Positions 51,952-62,502 of a stretch of 64,000 nt of DNA are shown here, piece after piece. The first letter of the stretch is position 1; every line of letters begins with the position of its first letter. This stretch comes from Clostridiales bacterium (GTDB lineage: Bacteria > Bacillota > Clostridia > Christensenellales > UBA1242), in NCBI GenBank assembly GCA_015055515.1, contig SVIC01000002.1, positions 2,600 to 66,599 of the forward strand. The letters run 5' to 3'. Under the pieces are notes generated by a model. The model was not told the DNA's origin. It did not search any database and worked only from the letters and a program-made list of their open reading frames with translations. The translations under genes were made by a program, and so were the position numbers.

Positions 51952-52446
51952 CTACCTAATTTGAGTTTGACTTAGTACAGTGTTGGTTTGTGCATGAGTT
52001 AATGCAACAGCTAATGCATCTGCGGCATCATCAGGTTTTGGAATTGATGACAGATTTAATATCGCCTTTACCATATATTGTACTTGTTTTTTTTCTGCTC
52101 TGCCATTACCTGTTAGTGCTTGTTTTATCTGTAAAGGAGTATATTCATACAAATTATCAGTATAATTAGCACTGGCTATTAATAATACACCCCTTGCTTG
52201 TGCTACTGTTATAGCAGTAGTGATATTGTTATTAAAGAACAATTCTTCTAGTGCAATAGCATCTGGCTTATACTTCTCAATTAGTTGCATAATGCCACTA
52301 TATACCTGCTGTAATCGAACGGGAGTACGAGTATCCTTATGTGTCGTAATTACCCCATAATCGATTACTTTTATATCATTTCTTGTTTTCTCTATTACCC
52401 CAAATCCTACTATAGCAATACCTGGGTCTATACCTAATATTATCAT
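51952..52446 (-). CDS. ruvC: Crossover junction endodeoxyribonuclease RuvC
   Basis: ILGIDPG, EELFF, QARGV, EYTP.QIK, PDDAADALA. Confidence 0.97.
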   Translation of the reverse strand: MIILGIDPGIAIVGFGVIEKTRNDIKVIDYGVITTHKDTRTPVRLQQVYSGIMQLIEKYKPDAIALEELFFNNNITTAITVAQARGVLLIASANYTDNLYEYTPLQIKQALTGNGRAEKKQVQYMVKAILNLSSIPKPDDAADALAVALTHAQTNTVLSQTQIR

Positions 52447-52464
52447 AAATCACCTATACTGAAT

Positions 52465-52517
52465 ATTATAGATATAATACAAAAAAAGTCAAACAAATAT
52501 CGTACATTTGTTTGACT
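52465..52517 (-). promoter_or_regulatory. ruvCAB promoter embedded in the upstream terminator, with a SOS-like box
   Basis: Hairpin AGTCAAACAAAT...ATTTGTTTGACT plus T tract; TTGACT-16 nt-TATAAT; AAAC-AAAT-GTAC at 52502-52513. Confidence 0.6.
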
Positions 52518-52523
52518 AATTAA

Positions 52524-54323
52524 TTAACTCCATAGATTTTTGAATTTATAATCATCTATTTTTGGATTGGATTCACTATATAACTGATTGATAGTATGAT
52601 TGAAATAATTAGTATAATAATTATCATCTTCTACCTTGTCATACAGATACTCGAATATTGTCTTATCACTAGCAGTATTCACTGTTTCATTTAATAATGT
52701 TTGATAAGTAATGCTATCAATTGAGTTGTGATTAATGAAGTTCTTTGCCATATCAGAATAGAACATGATATGAATGCCATAGCTAGATACAGCCGGTCTT
52801 AGCAATACATCGCCTCTATTATAATCACTATATAACTCCAATGCACCCTTAGTAAATTCAGCCTCCCAGTTGTCTTCTACGCCTTCATTAACATTCACTG
52901 CATAGTAGAAGTCGGCATTCATAATACCAGGATCATCGTTGTATATATACATCATGTCTTCGAAGTTTTTAGCCTTCTGTCTTATAATCTTATCCTCATC
53001 TGCAATAGATCCAGTTATTTTATTTCCGTTAACATAATCATTAATTCTAGCAATAATATCGCTTATATAAGCTTCTTTTTCCTGGCCATCTTCTTCATAA
53101 GTAGATTTAGTATTGTATATAACACTATATAAATCTAAATTGTACTGAGCATCCAACTTCTCTATTAACTCAACATTGTCTAGACCTACAGCCTTCTTAT
53201 CTTCCTCTAACTTAGTCTGCAATTGCTTGATTTCAGCCTTTTGCTCTTCTGTGAAATTAATAAGTATGTGGCTAACCAAAATATATTCGTTGTCAGAATT
53301 TGCATGATAGAATACATATTCACTATTGTACTTATCCATTGCAGTTCTATACGCATCTAGATTGTAATTGAAGTTCAAATATTGAGCATTGTATTTATTT
53401 TTATAATAATCAACAACATTATCTGTAGTTATTGTTAGAGTAGATTCGTAATAATATTGATGAATTTCTAATAGTTTTGCTTGGTATGCATCTCTAATAT
53501 AATTGGCTTCCTCATGTCTTAATACATCTTCTACTTCAATGCTTCTATTTTCTGCCTTTGCATTTTGTTGTAATAACTTAATATATTTATTAAATGCCTT
53601 TGCAGTAGTCTCTTCATCATAATTATTGGCTAATACAAAATGAGTGGCAACATTATCCTTGTTAAATAATTCTAGATCCTCTACCCTTTTAGAAATCTCT
53701 TTTGTTTCTTCATTAATAACAAGCTTAGATGTATATTCCTCTTTTTCAGCTCTGATTGGCTCTTTTGAAGGTTGCTCAACCTCACCCAACTTGTCATCTT
53801 CTTTTAAGATTTCTTCTGCATATTTATCTATTGCACTTTGCATACTATTAAATGCATTATATCTTATTTCAAGTGCATTAGGATTTGTGCTTGAATATAT
53901 ATTCTCTAAAGTCTTAGACCATCTGTAATTCTCTAAGTCTACAAAGTCTACGTTCACGATTGCATTATGATAATATTTATCTGTATCATTATTATATGCG
54001 TTTTGCAACTCACTAGCAATATCATTAAATACCAAAGTTGTCTGCATATAATACTTTAACGAATCGTTAAGACAATCTTCTAAAGAAGCATAATAACCAC
54101 TAGCATATCTATTATATCCATAAGTTCTAAATGTGTTATTAAGATCGGACATCGATACTTCTAATGTTTTGTCGTTATATTTATAAGTAGCAATAATCTG
54201 ATTATAATAATCGGTTTTATCTCTTACTACAAGATTACAAGCCGAGAATGTAAATACAGATAACATTAACAATAATCCAAATAGAATTATTGACATAAAT
54301 TTCTTAAATGATTTAATCTTCAT
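52524..54323 (-). CDS. Lipoprotein with a parvulin-type PPIase domain (enlarged PrsA-like foldase)
   Basis: Lipobox FSAC; VSHILI, NDDPG, EF..GA, SSYGIHIM; occupies the prsA position after mfd. Confidence 0.7.
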   Translation of the reverse strand: MKIKSFKKFMSIILFGLLLMLSVFTFSACNLVVRDKTDYYNQIIATYKYNDKTLEVSMSDLNNTFRTYGYNRYASGYYASLEDCLNDSLKYYMQTTLVFNDIASELQNAYNNDTDKYYHNAIVNVDFVDLENYRWSKTLENIYSSTNPNALEIRYNAFNSMQSAIDKYAEEILKEDDKLGEVEQPSKEPIRAEKEEYTSKLVINEETKEISKRVEDLELFNKDNVATHFVLANNYDEETTAKAFNKYIKLLQQNAKAENRSIEVEDVLRHEEANYIRDAYQAKLLEIHQYYYESTLTITTDNVVDYYKNKYNAQYLNFNYNLDAYRTAMDKYNSEYVFYHANSDNEYILVSHILINFTEEQKAEIKQLQTKLEEDKKAVGLDNVELIEKLDAQYNLDLYSVIYNTKSTYEEDGQEKEAYISDIIARINDYVNGNKITGSIADEDKIIRQKAKNFEDMMYIYNDDPGIMNADFYYAVNVNEGVEDNWEAEFTKGALELYSDYNRGDVLLRPAVSSYGIHIMFYSDMAKNFINHNSIDSITYQTLLNETVNTASDKTIFEYLYDKVEDDNYYTNYFNHTINQLYSESNPKIDDYKFKNLWS

Positions 54324-54446
54324 AGCAGTTCCTTTTATTCCTTTGTCCTACAAAAGTAGCATTTTAACTATATTAGTATATAAAATAAATAAATTTAACG
54401 CAACTAATATAACTAAATTATTACCTAATTTTTAATTTTTTATATA

Positions 54447-57400
54447 TTAATTTAGTAGTTTTATTAAATAATCCAATATATTTAATCTGTCTATTCCTGT
54501 AATATTTACTCGCAAGTTCAATGACACATCAATTTTTACATTATCATTAATAAGTGTAGAGATTGTTTTAATGTCTGCTTCATTACCAAAATCTATATGA
54601 ACATCATCTTTTCTAACAACTAACTTAGTTGCAGAATACGTATATAATTTGTTTTTGATCAATGCAAATTTGCACAAGTTGATTAAGTATTCCGGCACGA
54701 TCTCGAACAAATCTTTTAACTTATTCTGTACACTATTAAGTTCATCCAATGATGATATATTAGCGATCTTAGTATATAGAGAGATCTTCTGATTGGTTGT
54801 CATATTGCTACTAATAGGAATAGTAGTTGGAAAATCAGTATCTATCCTTATTTCTTGATACAACTTATTGTTAGGTGTGTTATTTTCTAATTCATCAATA
54901 ACATTGTTAAGAATAGCCATATACATTGAATATCCTATCTTCAACATGTGCCCATGCTGTTGCCCGCCGAATATATTACCTACTCCACGCAACTCCATAT
55001 CACGCATTGCTATCTTGAAGCCACTACCCATAGCAGTAAACTCACTAATCGCCTTTAGTCTCTTATATGCAACATCGGTAAGATCACCTCTATACATGAA
55101 AAATGCATAAGATTCTCTGGATCCTCTGCCTACTCTTCCCTTCAATTGATATAATTGAGATAAGCCTAACTTGTCTGCATCTAGTATAATAAGAGTATTG
55201 GCATTTGGCAAATCAACTCCATTTTCAATCAAGGTTGTAGATATCAATATCTGTGTTTTACCATTATACACTTTTATAATTTTATCTTCTAATATATTTG
55301 CACTCATTTGACCATGCGCGACATCTATAGCATATTTATTGTCTAATAACTTACTAATGTAATGTGCAACAGCATCAATGGATTCTACTTTGTTATAAAT
55401 TATTAAAACTTGTCCATTTCTAGAAATTTCTCTATCAATTGCCAATTTTATTGCATTATCATTATATTCGACTACACTTACTTGTGTAGTTATTTTATTA
55501 GATGGAGGTGTCTGAATGGTAGAAATGTCTCTGATTCCATTAAGTGATAGATGTAGTGTCCTTGGGATTGGAGTAGCACTTAGAGTTAATACATTTATAC
55601 CTGTTTTTAATTTCTTTATTTTCTCTTTATGTTCTACACCGAACTTCTGTTCTTCATCAATAACTAGTAGTCCTAGATTAGCAAAATTAATTGCTTTATT
55701 TAATAATTTGTGAGTACCTATAATAATATTAATTTTATTATCATTAAAATCATTTATTATATTTTGCACCTCACTAGCAGTCTTAAACCTATTTAAGACC
55801 GCTATATTTACTCCGTAGTTACCCATTCGCGTATTGAAAGTATTGAAATGTTGTTCACTAAGAATTGTAGTTGGGCATAGTACTGCAACTTGTTTATTAC
55901 ATAATATAGTCTTAAATGCTATTCTAATAGCAACCTCTGTTTTACCAAATCCTACATCTCCACATATTAGCCTATCTATTAATTTACCAGCAACCATTTC
56001 TTTCTTTATATCACTGATTACTACTGCTTGGTCGGAAGTTAATTCATATGGGCAATTTTCTTCAAACTCAGCTTGTATTTCATCATCCGCACTATATTTG
56101 TATCCTTGTGCCGATTGTCTGGCCTTATATATGGCAATAAGATCTTTTGCTATATCTTTAACAGAAGCTTTTACCCTATCTTTTACCTTTTTGAACTCTA
56201 CTCCGCCCAACTTATTTAGTGTTGGATTCTCTCCATCGCCTACATACTTAGTGATACTATCTACATTTTCTATTGGCAGATATAGTTTATCTTCATTCTT
56301 ATATTCCACTACAATATAATCTTTTTTTATTCCGCTAGTTAGTTGTAGTGTCTGAATGCCTTTGCACTTACCTATTCCATGAATTTTGTGCACAACATAT
56401 TCATCTTCTTTAGGTAATTCTGTATCTGACAATGCATCGACGGCTGTGTTGATAATTTTAATATTTTTTGCCTTCTTGCCTACGGCATTGCTACCAATTA
56501 CTGCAATCTTGTCTTCAAATAGATTGAATGAGTTATTATATTCTTTCTTAAATATGTTTACTACACCTTTCTGTGCATCAAAAATAGTTTTACATATATT
56601 AATATTAGTCTTATTTACAAGTCTAGCATATACAATGTCGTAGTTATCTTCTGTGATAAATAACAGTGTTGTGTATGCAATCTTATTATAGTTTTGTAAA
56701 TCTATTATTAGTGATTCATAATTTTCGCCATATTCTATATTTGGCATTGACTTAAAAGAAAATACTGCATTAGGACTAAATATTTTATTTGCATTATTAA
56801 TATACTGAAATCCTATAATTGCTCTATTTTCCTTCGATGTTAAATTATCTATATTTAGAGGGTTTCTATGCACATCTAATAGCAATTTATTTTCTTTGCC
56901 CTCTTTTATCTTTTGATTGTATTCTTCTATTATACTTTTAGATACATCATATATTTGCTTCACATCAGAGAACACAACCAACATTTCACTATCTAATACA
57001 TCAATTAACTTAACTAATGGCTGTGAGCTAAACTGCAAAAACCATAGACTGTTATAAGTCTTATTGAACTCAAGATAATTATCATATATTTTTTTAACTA
57101 CACCATCATTTTTAGAAAATTGTATTTTAGATAAATCAACATCTATATATGAATTAGAATATATAGATAAATTATCCATATTAGATATTGGTTGAATATA
57201 TTCATTATCCAGTTGTTGTATTTTTGCAACAACATCATAATCGAATATTATTCTATAGCCCTCTGATTTGCCCATTGGCACCAAATCGAGTATTTCACCA
57301 CGGCTTGCAAACTGACCACCACCACTAACATTAGTTACCTTCTCATAGCCCAATAAGGCCAGCTTCTTCTGCAATTCTTCTATATCTATTACTTTATCAA

Positions 57401-57794
57401 TCTCTACGTCGATTAACTGATTATTTCTTACGACATTATTAGGAACATCTAGTAGTAATATTTCAGGCGTAGCAATGTGTATATCATAACTTGGATTGGA
57501 GATATTTTTTATAAAATTCACATACTCGATATGCGATGTAGAATAATCATTAAGAAATACGTCGGGAATACTTGTGCACGCATTTACTCTATAACTTAAT
57601 GCTTCGAATTTCTTTATATATTTTTCAGCCTCATCATTTGTTGGAACAACAAAAAGTTTTGGACGATTAATCTCGTCCAAAATCCCGATTATTTCACCTT
57701 CACTACAATTAATTACACTAATTTTTTTATTTTCATTAACTGTATTTAAGAGAATTTTAAGATTACTATTTTGCCCTAACAAATGTCTTATCAT
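54447..57794 (-). CDS. mfd: Transcription-repair coupling factor
   Basis: VVHKIHGIG, GDVGFGKTEVA, DEEQKFG, SATPIPRT, QLYQLKGRVGR, GFKIAMRD. Confidence 0.96.
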   Translation of the reverse strand: MIRHLLGQNSNLKILLNTVNENKKISVINCSEGEIIGILDEINRPKLFVVPTNDEAEKYIKKFEALSYRVNACTSIPDVFLNDYSTSHIEYVNFIKNISNPSYDIHIATPEILLLDVPNNVVRNNQLIDVEIDKVIDIEELQKKLALLGYEKVTNVSGGGQFASRGEILDLVPMGKSEGYRIIFDYDVVAKIQQLDNEYIQPISNMDNLSIYSNSYIDVDLSKIQFSKNDGVVKKIYDNYLEFNKTYNSLWFLQFSSQPLVKLIDVLDSEMLVVFSDVKQIYDVSKSIIEEYNQKIKEGKENKLLLDVHRNPLNIDNLTSKENRAIIGFQYINNANKIFSPNAVFSFKSMPNIEYGENYESLIIDLQNYNKIAYTTLLFITEDNYDIVYARLVNKTNINICKTIFDAQKGVVNIFKKEYNNSFNLFEDKIAVIGSNAVGKKAKNIKIINTAVDALSDTELPKEDEYVVHKIHGIGKCKGIQTLQLTSGIKKDYIVVEYKNEDKLYLPIENVDSITKYVGDGENPTLNKLGGVEFKKVKDRVKASVKDIAKDLIAIYKARQSAQGYKYSADDEIQAEFEENCPYELTSDQAVVISDIKKEMVAGKLIDRLICGDVGFGKTEVAIRIAFKTILCNKQVAVLCPTTILSEQHFNTFNTRMGNYGVNIAVLNRFKTASEVQNIINDFNDNKINIIIGTHKLLNKAINFANLGLLVIDEEQKFGVEHKEKIKKLKTGINVLTLSATPIPRTLHLSLNGIRDISTIQTPPSNKITTQVSVVEYNDNAIKLAIDREISRNGQVLIIYNKVESIDAVAHYISKLLDNKYAIDVAHGQMSANILEDKIIKVYNGKTQILISTTLIENGVDLPNANTLIILDADKLGLSQLYQLKGRVGRGSRESYAFFMYRGDLTDVAYKRLKAISEFTAMGSGFKIAMRDMELRGVGNIFGGQQHGHMLKIGYSMYMAILNNVIDELENNTPNNKLYQEIRIDTDFPTTIPISSNMTTNQKISLYTKIANISSLDELNSVQNKLKDLFEIVPEYLINLCKFALIKNKLYTYSATKLVVRKDDVHIDFGNEADIKTISTLINDNVKIDVSLNLRVNITGIDRLNILDYLIKLLN

Positions 57795-58348
57795 TATACA
57801 CTTCTTGCTTCTATCTTGCCATCTTTTATTATAAATTCTTCTAATATATTAGCAACTTTGTCGAATGCCTCTATATAGTACATTTCTTTTTCTTTTGGTA
57901 TCCTAGACAACACATAGTCTGCCAAAGGTATGTTGTTACTTGGTCTGCCTATACCTATTCTAATACGAGAAAATTGATCACTGGCTAATTTTGCTATTAT
58001 ATCCCGCATACCATTATGTGTACCTGCACTACCGCTGCCCCTGTATCGAATTACACAAGGATCTAAATCTATATCATCGTATATAACACATAGATTAGAT
58101 AGGGGTAATTTCAAAGATCGAACGACCTCGCTTACACTATTACCGCTTAAGTTCATATATGTTTGAGGTTTTATTAGAATAACCTTCTTACCACAAACCA
58201 TTCCTTCTGCAACAAGAGCATTATACTTCTTCTTAGTAAATACCAGACCATTTTTCGATGCAAAAGCATCCAGTGCCATAAAACCAATATTATGGTGTGT
58301 CTTATCATACTGTTTATCGGGATTTCCTAGTCCTACTATTACAATCAT
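57794..58348 (-). CDS. pth: Peptidyl-tRNA hydrolase
   Basis: VGLGNP, T.HN.GF, KPQTYMNLSG, GSAGTHNG, RIRIGIG. Confidence 0.97.
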   Translation of the reverse strand: MIVIVGLGNPDKQYDKTHHNIGFMALDAFASKNGLVFTKKKYNALVAEGMVCGKKVILIKPQTYMNLSGNSVSEVVRSLKLPLSNLCVIYDDIDLDPCVIRYRGSGSAGTHNGMRDIIAKLASDQFSRIRIGIGRPSNNIPLADYVLSRIPKEKEMYYIEAFDKVANILEEFIIKDGKIEARSV

Positions 58349-59202
58349 TTATCTTCCTCTTTCTTTAACGTATTTCTATCGGCTATTAGTGATCCTTTTT
58401 TCAATCTGTATGTATCTATAACACAATAATATCCAATAGTAGAATTGTCGCCTATCGTAGATTTTATCACATTGCAGTATGGACTGACAAGTACATTTTT
58501 ACCAATTTTTGACTTAATTATATTGCTATTTGATACACTTGATCCATCTCCTATTTTTGAGTCGGAAATTGATGAGTTGTTATGGATTAAACAATCTTTG
58601 CCTATAATAGTCTTACCTTGAATAACGCAATTATTTAATATTGTAGTTCCTCTGCCTATATCACATAATGGAGAAACAACTGTATTCATTGGGTTTTGGA
58701 ATATTACTCCTTTTGCTTGAAGAGTGTTAATAACCCTCTTTGAGAAATTCTTCTCTGCTTGTGCAATCTCTTGAGGAGTCTCTACCGAAACAAAAGCATC
58801 CTCCCCTTGCATATAGAAATTATCAAACATACAATTTGGATTAGATACATAATATCTGCTATTATAGACCGCACCAGAATGTAATTTACACGCATTTGAT
58901 TGTTTTATAGACACGTATTCAATCACTTTTGCCACAATACTTTTTGTGATGTATGGAGTATTGTTATAAATTATCATAATATAATCAAAGTTGTTGCAAT
59001 AAGGCAATACTTTTGATCTAAGGTCGTCTTTTGCTTTTAAGTCTATCTCAAATACAGGATTATTCGAAAACTCTCTTTTAAGCCATTCAGATATAGTTAG
59101 TCCAAGTATTTTAACTTTCTTATATTTATTGACTATAATTATCGCACAAGATACATTAATCTTATTAATACTCTTTTGTACAAGTGTCTCTACTTCGTAC
59201 AT
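58345..59202 (-). CDS. Shortened, degenerate GlmU-like protein with hexapeptide (LbH) repeats
   Basis: IIYNNTPYI, EIAQAEK, GVIFQNP..T.V....IG..T.I remnants; IG hexapeptide repeats; 285 aa; at the glmU position. Confidence 0.7.
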   Translation of the reverse strand: MYEVETLVQKSINKINVSCAIIIVNKYKKVKILGLTISEWLKREFSNNPVFEIDLKAKDDLRSKVLPYCNNFDYIMIIYNNTPYITKSIVAKVIEYVSIKQSNACKLHSGAVYNSRYYVSNPNCMFDNFYMQGEDAFVSVETPQEIAQAEKNFSKRVINTLQAKGVIFQNPMNTVVSPLCDIGRGTTILNNCVIQGKTIIGKDCLIHNNSSISDSKIGDGSSVSNSNIIKSKIGKNVLVSPYCNVIKSTIGDNSTIGYYCVIDTYRLKKGSLIADRNTLKKEEDK

Positions 59203-59216
59203 GACATCACCCCATA

Positions 59217-59687
59217 TTATTTATGATATGTAATATTATTAGATATTGTTGTTGCCCTATATATTTGTTCTAGTAGAACGACTCTCATTAGTTGATGCGG
59301 GAATGTAAATGAAGAGAAGCTTAATAGCATATCCGCCTTATTCTTGATCTCATCACTTAGTCCGTAACTACCACCAATAATAAAGTTAATAATAAAACTA
59401 TTTTGCGATATTTGCTCTATTTTCTTTGCAAAAGCAACACTATCTAACGATTTTCCATTGACATCCAAGACAATATTGTATCCTTTTAGATACTTTTCAA
59501 ATTTTAGACTTTCTTTCACCTTTACTTTTGCAATATCAGCAATACTTGCATTTTTTGCAATTTTTTCTTCTTCTAATTCGATGATATTTACATTATGATA
59601 CTTTGATAGTCTCTTTATATATTCGTTGCATGCTTGTGTATAGAACTTCTCTTTAATATTTCCTATACAGAGAATATTAATTTTCAT
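59217..59687 (-). CDS. rlmH: 23S rRNA m3-pseudouridine-1915 methyltransferase
   Basis: EYIKRL, FIIGGSYGL, LSFS..TFPHQLMR..LLEQIYRA, YHK. Confidence 0.96.
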   Translation of the reverse strand: MKINILCIGNIKEKFYTQACNEYIKRLSKYHNVNIIELEEEKIAKNASIADIAKVKVKESLKFEKYLKGYNIVLDVNGKSLDSVAFAKKIEQISQNSFIINFIIGGSYGLSDEIKNKADMLLSFSSFTFPHQLMRVVLLEQIYRATTISNNITYHK

Positions 59688-60811
59688 TACATCAACCCCC
59701 ATATAAATGTTGATACCGTAATTATAGTACCTAATAACACCGACACTATTAGAAAAATATAGTCTCTTTTGTGAGCTTTATATATTTTATCCTGCTTTGG
59801 CATAAATATATCTATTGGATTTTTAATAGAGTTAAAATCCAGATTTAATTTCGTAGTACTCTCTACTAATTGCTTTATTTCATTTGAATCATAGACAATT
59901 GGAGCATCCGATGTAGGATTGCCTTTGTTGTAAGCAGTATTAATGGCTTGCTCTACCTTTCTTATCATGGTATTCTCATACAATTTTTTTAATAATAAAT
60001 ACAGAACGAATATTAATAATATAGATCCTATTATTATAGAAAGCACTAATAAAAAGAAATTCATATTATAAATGCCAGAATAAACATTAGTAACAAAATT
60101 GTTATAAGAAGCATTGTTATCCATTAGAAATGTATTAGTTATCGATATAAAATTATTTACGAAATGCACTATTATAGCTGGCCAAATATTCTTCGAAATT
60201 ACTGAAATATAACCAATAATTACGCCCAGAATAATAGCATAAAACACTTGCACAATATTTAAGTGTATCAATCCGAACAATATTGAACTAATTATAATTG
60301 CTTTATGAAAGCCAATATGCTTTGTTCCTTGCAGGCACATTCCCCTATGCAAGAATTCTTCACAGAATGCTGGGAGCAATGCTGTAGTAAATATTTGAGT
60401 AATATAAGCGCCCAATGTCATTGTCCCACTACCACCACCACTTCTAAATCCAAACATAGTTATAATGCCATTAAATAATGTAGAAGTCATAATAGTAACT
60501 ACGTATAATACAATACCAAGTGCAAGTGATATAATTACAGTTTTGAAATTAATTTTATAGAAATTACAGGTATTAAATAATTGTCTAGGCTTAACCTTTA
60601 ACATTACACAATATAAGATCATTGGTAGGACAAATAAGCATATAACTTCAATTAATGTAGAGTATATAATATCTATAGCATTGTCAGATAATCCATTCAG
60701 CATTCCAAGTGCGGATGAAATACGCACTCCAACAAACGCTACGAAAGCTATAAAATATATCATATAAGTCTTGTATACAGACTTTTTATTAGGCTCTGAT
60801 ATGTATTTCAT
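59687..60811 (-). CDS. CPBP (type II CAAX/Abi) intramembrane metalloprotease
   Basis: EEFLHRG, FGLIH, HFVNN. Confidence 0.88.
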   Translation of the reverse strand: MKYISEPNKKSVYKTYMIYFIAFVAFVGVRISSALGMLNGLSDNAIDIIYSTLIEVICLFVLPMILYCVMLKVKPRQLFNTCNFYKINFKTVIISLALGIVLYVVTIMTSTLFNGIITMFGFRSGGGSGTMTLGAYITQIFTTALLPAFCEEFLHRGMCLQGTKHIGFHKAIIISSILFGLIHLNIVQVFYAIILGVIIGYISVISKNIWPAIIVHFVNNFISITNTFLMDNNASYNNFVTNVYSGIYNMNFFLLVLSIIIGSILLIFVLYLLLKKLYENTMIRKVEQAINTAYNKGNPTSDAPIVYDSNEIKQLVESTTKLNLDFNSIKNPIDIFMPKQDKIYKAHKRDYIFLIVSVLLGTIITVSTFIWGLM

Positions 60812-60813
60812 AT

Positions 60814-61773
60814 TCAACTCCACATACTAATTGTAGTAAATATCCAAGATATTATTGCGATCGATACACCGCAGATTGCATAAAATTTTTCTGTAAATGT
60901 GTATTCACTTAAGTGTCTCGTCTTGTTTACATTTACATTTGCTTTTGCGATATATCTAAATATAATGTATAGCAGTAACACGCCTAGAATTGACAGCAAT
61001 GTTGCTACAAATATATTAGTAAAGGACCAATTTGGAACAACCATGCCACCTGATTGCATGGTAAAATAATGAGATATTAAAACAATTGCATTATTTGTTA
61101 AATGTGTGATTATTGGATATATTATATTTCCTGTAAAATTCATCACCAACGCTAATATTATGCCAATAATAAATTGATAGAATGTCTGTTGTAATGACCC
61201 ATGCATAATAGCGAAAAGAAGTGCAGATACAATCACTGCAAATCTCGTAGAGTTTTCTGACTTAAGACCAGTAAATATTATACCTCTAAATATTAAATCC
61301 TCGAATATTGCTGGCAACAACCCAAGCATAAGTATGTTAAGGAATAGAAATCCTATGTTATCTGTTCTTACATTAATGTTATCATCTGGATTAAAGCCAA
61401 TTAATTCTAATAACGTATCAAAAAGGTTAGATATATTAGAAAAAAAAGTTATACAGATCACTCCAATTAATATTGCAAATAAAATGTATTTTATTTTTAT
61501 TTTTTTATTTAGTCCTATAGCTTGTCTTATATTGTATTGCTTGCCTCTATTCTGCCAAAAGAAAAGTAATGCAAAAACTGCAGGACTTAATAAACAAGTA
61601 ACATATGTATAATCTGGACTTTTACTAAATTCGGTATTGGCAATACCTGTTACAGATATAATTATAGTGAATATAAATGACACTAATATCTGAAAAAGGA
61701 ACATATTGAAATATGTCTTATAACTATCCAACATAGAATATTGAGATTTTATATTATATGAATTATTCTTCAT
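60814..61773 (-). CDS. CPBP (type II CAAX/Abi) intramembrane metalloprotease
   Basis: EDLIFRG, FAIMH, HLTNN. Confidence 0.85.
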   Translation of the reverse strand: MKNNSYNIKSQYSMLDSYKTYFNMFLFQILVSFIFTIIISVTGIANTEFSKSPDYTYVTCLLSPAVFALLFFWQNRGKQYNIRQAIGLNKKIKIKYILFAILIGVICITFFSNISNLFDTLLELIGFNPDDNINVRTDNIGFLFLNILMLGLLPAIFEDLIFRGIIFTGLKSENSTRFAVIVSALLFAIMHGSLQQTFYQFIIGIILALVMNFTGNIIYPIITHLTNNAIVLISHYFTMQSGGMVVPNWSFTNIFVATLLSILGVLLLYIIFRYIAKANVNVNKTRHLSEYTFTEKFYAICGVSIAIISWIFTTISMWS

Positions 61774-62350
61774 TTATAAACTGCTCGAACTTAATCAATA
61801 TTTCTTCTTTGCCAGACTTATTCTTGGCGCTAGACATTAATATGTTGTCTACACCCATAGCTAGACTATTTGCAAGCTTCAACTTGGCGTTATTTTGCTG
61901 TGCTTTTGACATTTTGTCGCACTTTGTAGCGATAAGAATATATGGAATTCTAAAATATTCCAGATAATTCATCATGCTTTTATCTAGCTCGCTTGCTTCT
62001 AATCGGCTATCTACCAATATACATACTAATTTAAGATCTTCTGATTTAGTTAGAAAATCCCCCAGTATTGTATCCCACTTCGCACTCTCACTCCTATTCA
62101 ACTTAGCAAAACCATAGCCTGGAAGGTCTACAAAATACATATTATCATTAATTTGAAAATAATTTATCAGTCTAGTTCTACCAGGAGTACTACTAGTTCT
62201 AGCCATACTCTTATTGTTAACTAAAAAATTAAGTAATGAACTCTTTCCTACATTACTCCTTCCAACAAATGCTATTATAGGCTTTCCATCATTTATTATC
62301 TCTGCGCCATTTGCTACGCTTTTTACAAATTTACAACTAGTTATTCTCAT
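61763..62350 (-). CDS. engB: Ribosome biogenesis GTPase YsxC/EngB
   Basis: GRSNVGKSS, ARTSSTPGRT, DLPGYG, TKCDK. Confidence 0.96.
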   Translation of the reverse strand: MRITSCKFVKSVANGAEIINDGKPIIAFVGRSNVGKSSLLNFLVNNKSMARTSSTPGRTRLINYFQINDNMYFVDLPGYGFAKLNRSESAKWDTILGDFLTKSEDLKLVCILVDSRLEASELDKSMMNYLEYFRIPYILIATKCDKMSKAQQNNAKLKLANSLAMGVDNILMSSAKNKSGKEEILIKFEQFINEE

Positions 62351-62437
62351 ATTAGGAAGATATCACACTCATCATCTTTTGTCAAATCATATCAACATCT
62401 ATAATAATTTAATTAAGTAATTTAGTGAGATACGATG

Positions 62438-62466
62438 AAAAAGGATGTATCAGTGATACATCCTTA
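62438..62466 (-). terminator. Terminator after the small Cys-rich gene
   Basis: AAAAAGGATGTATCA-G-TGATACATCCTT. Confidence 0.8.
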
Positions 62467-62502
62467 ATATATAATGTTAACTATGTGTAAATATGTAGAT
62501 TA

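Noticed and set aside
59687-61773. Tandem CPBP proteases as a bacteriocin immunity locus
   Set aside because: No bacteriocin precursor or dedicated exporter nearby; the genes are coupled to engB and rlmH in a housekeeping operon.
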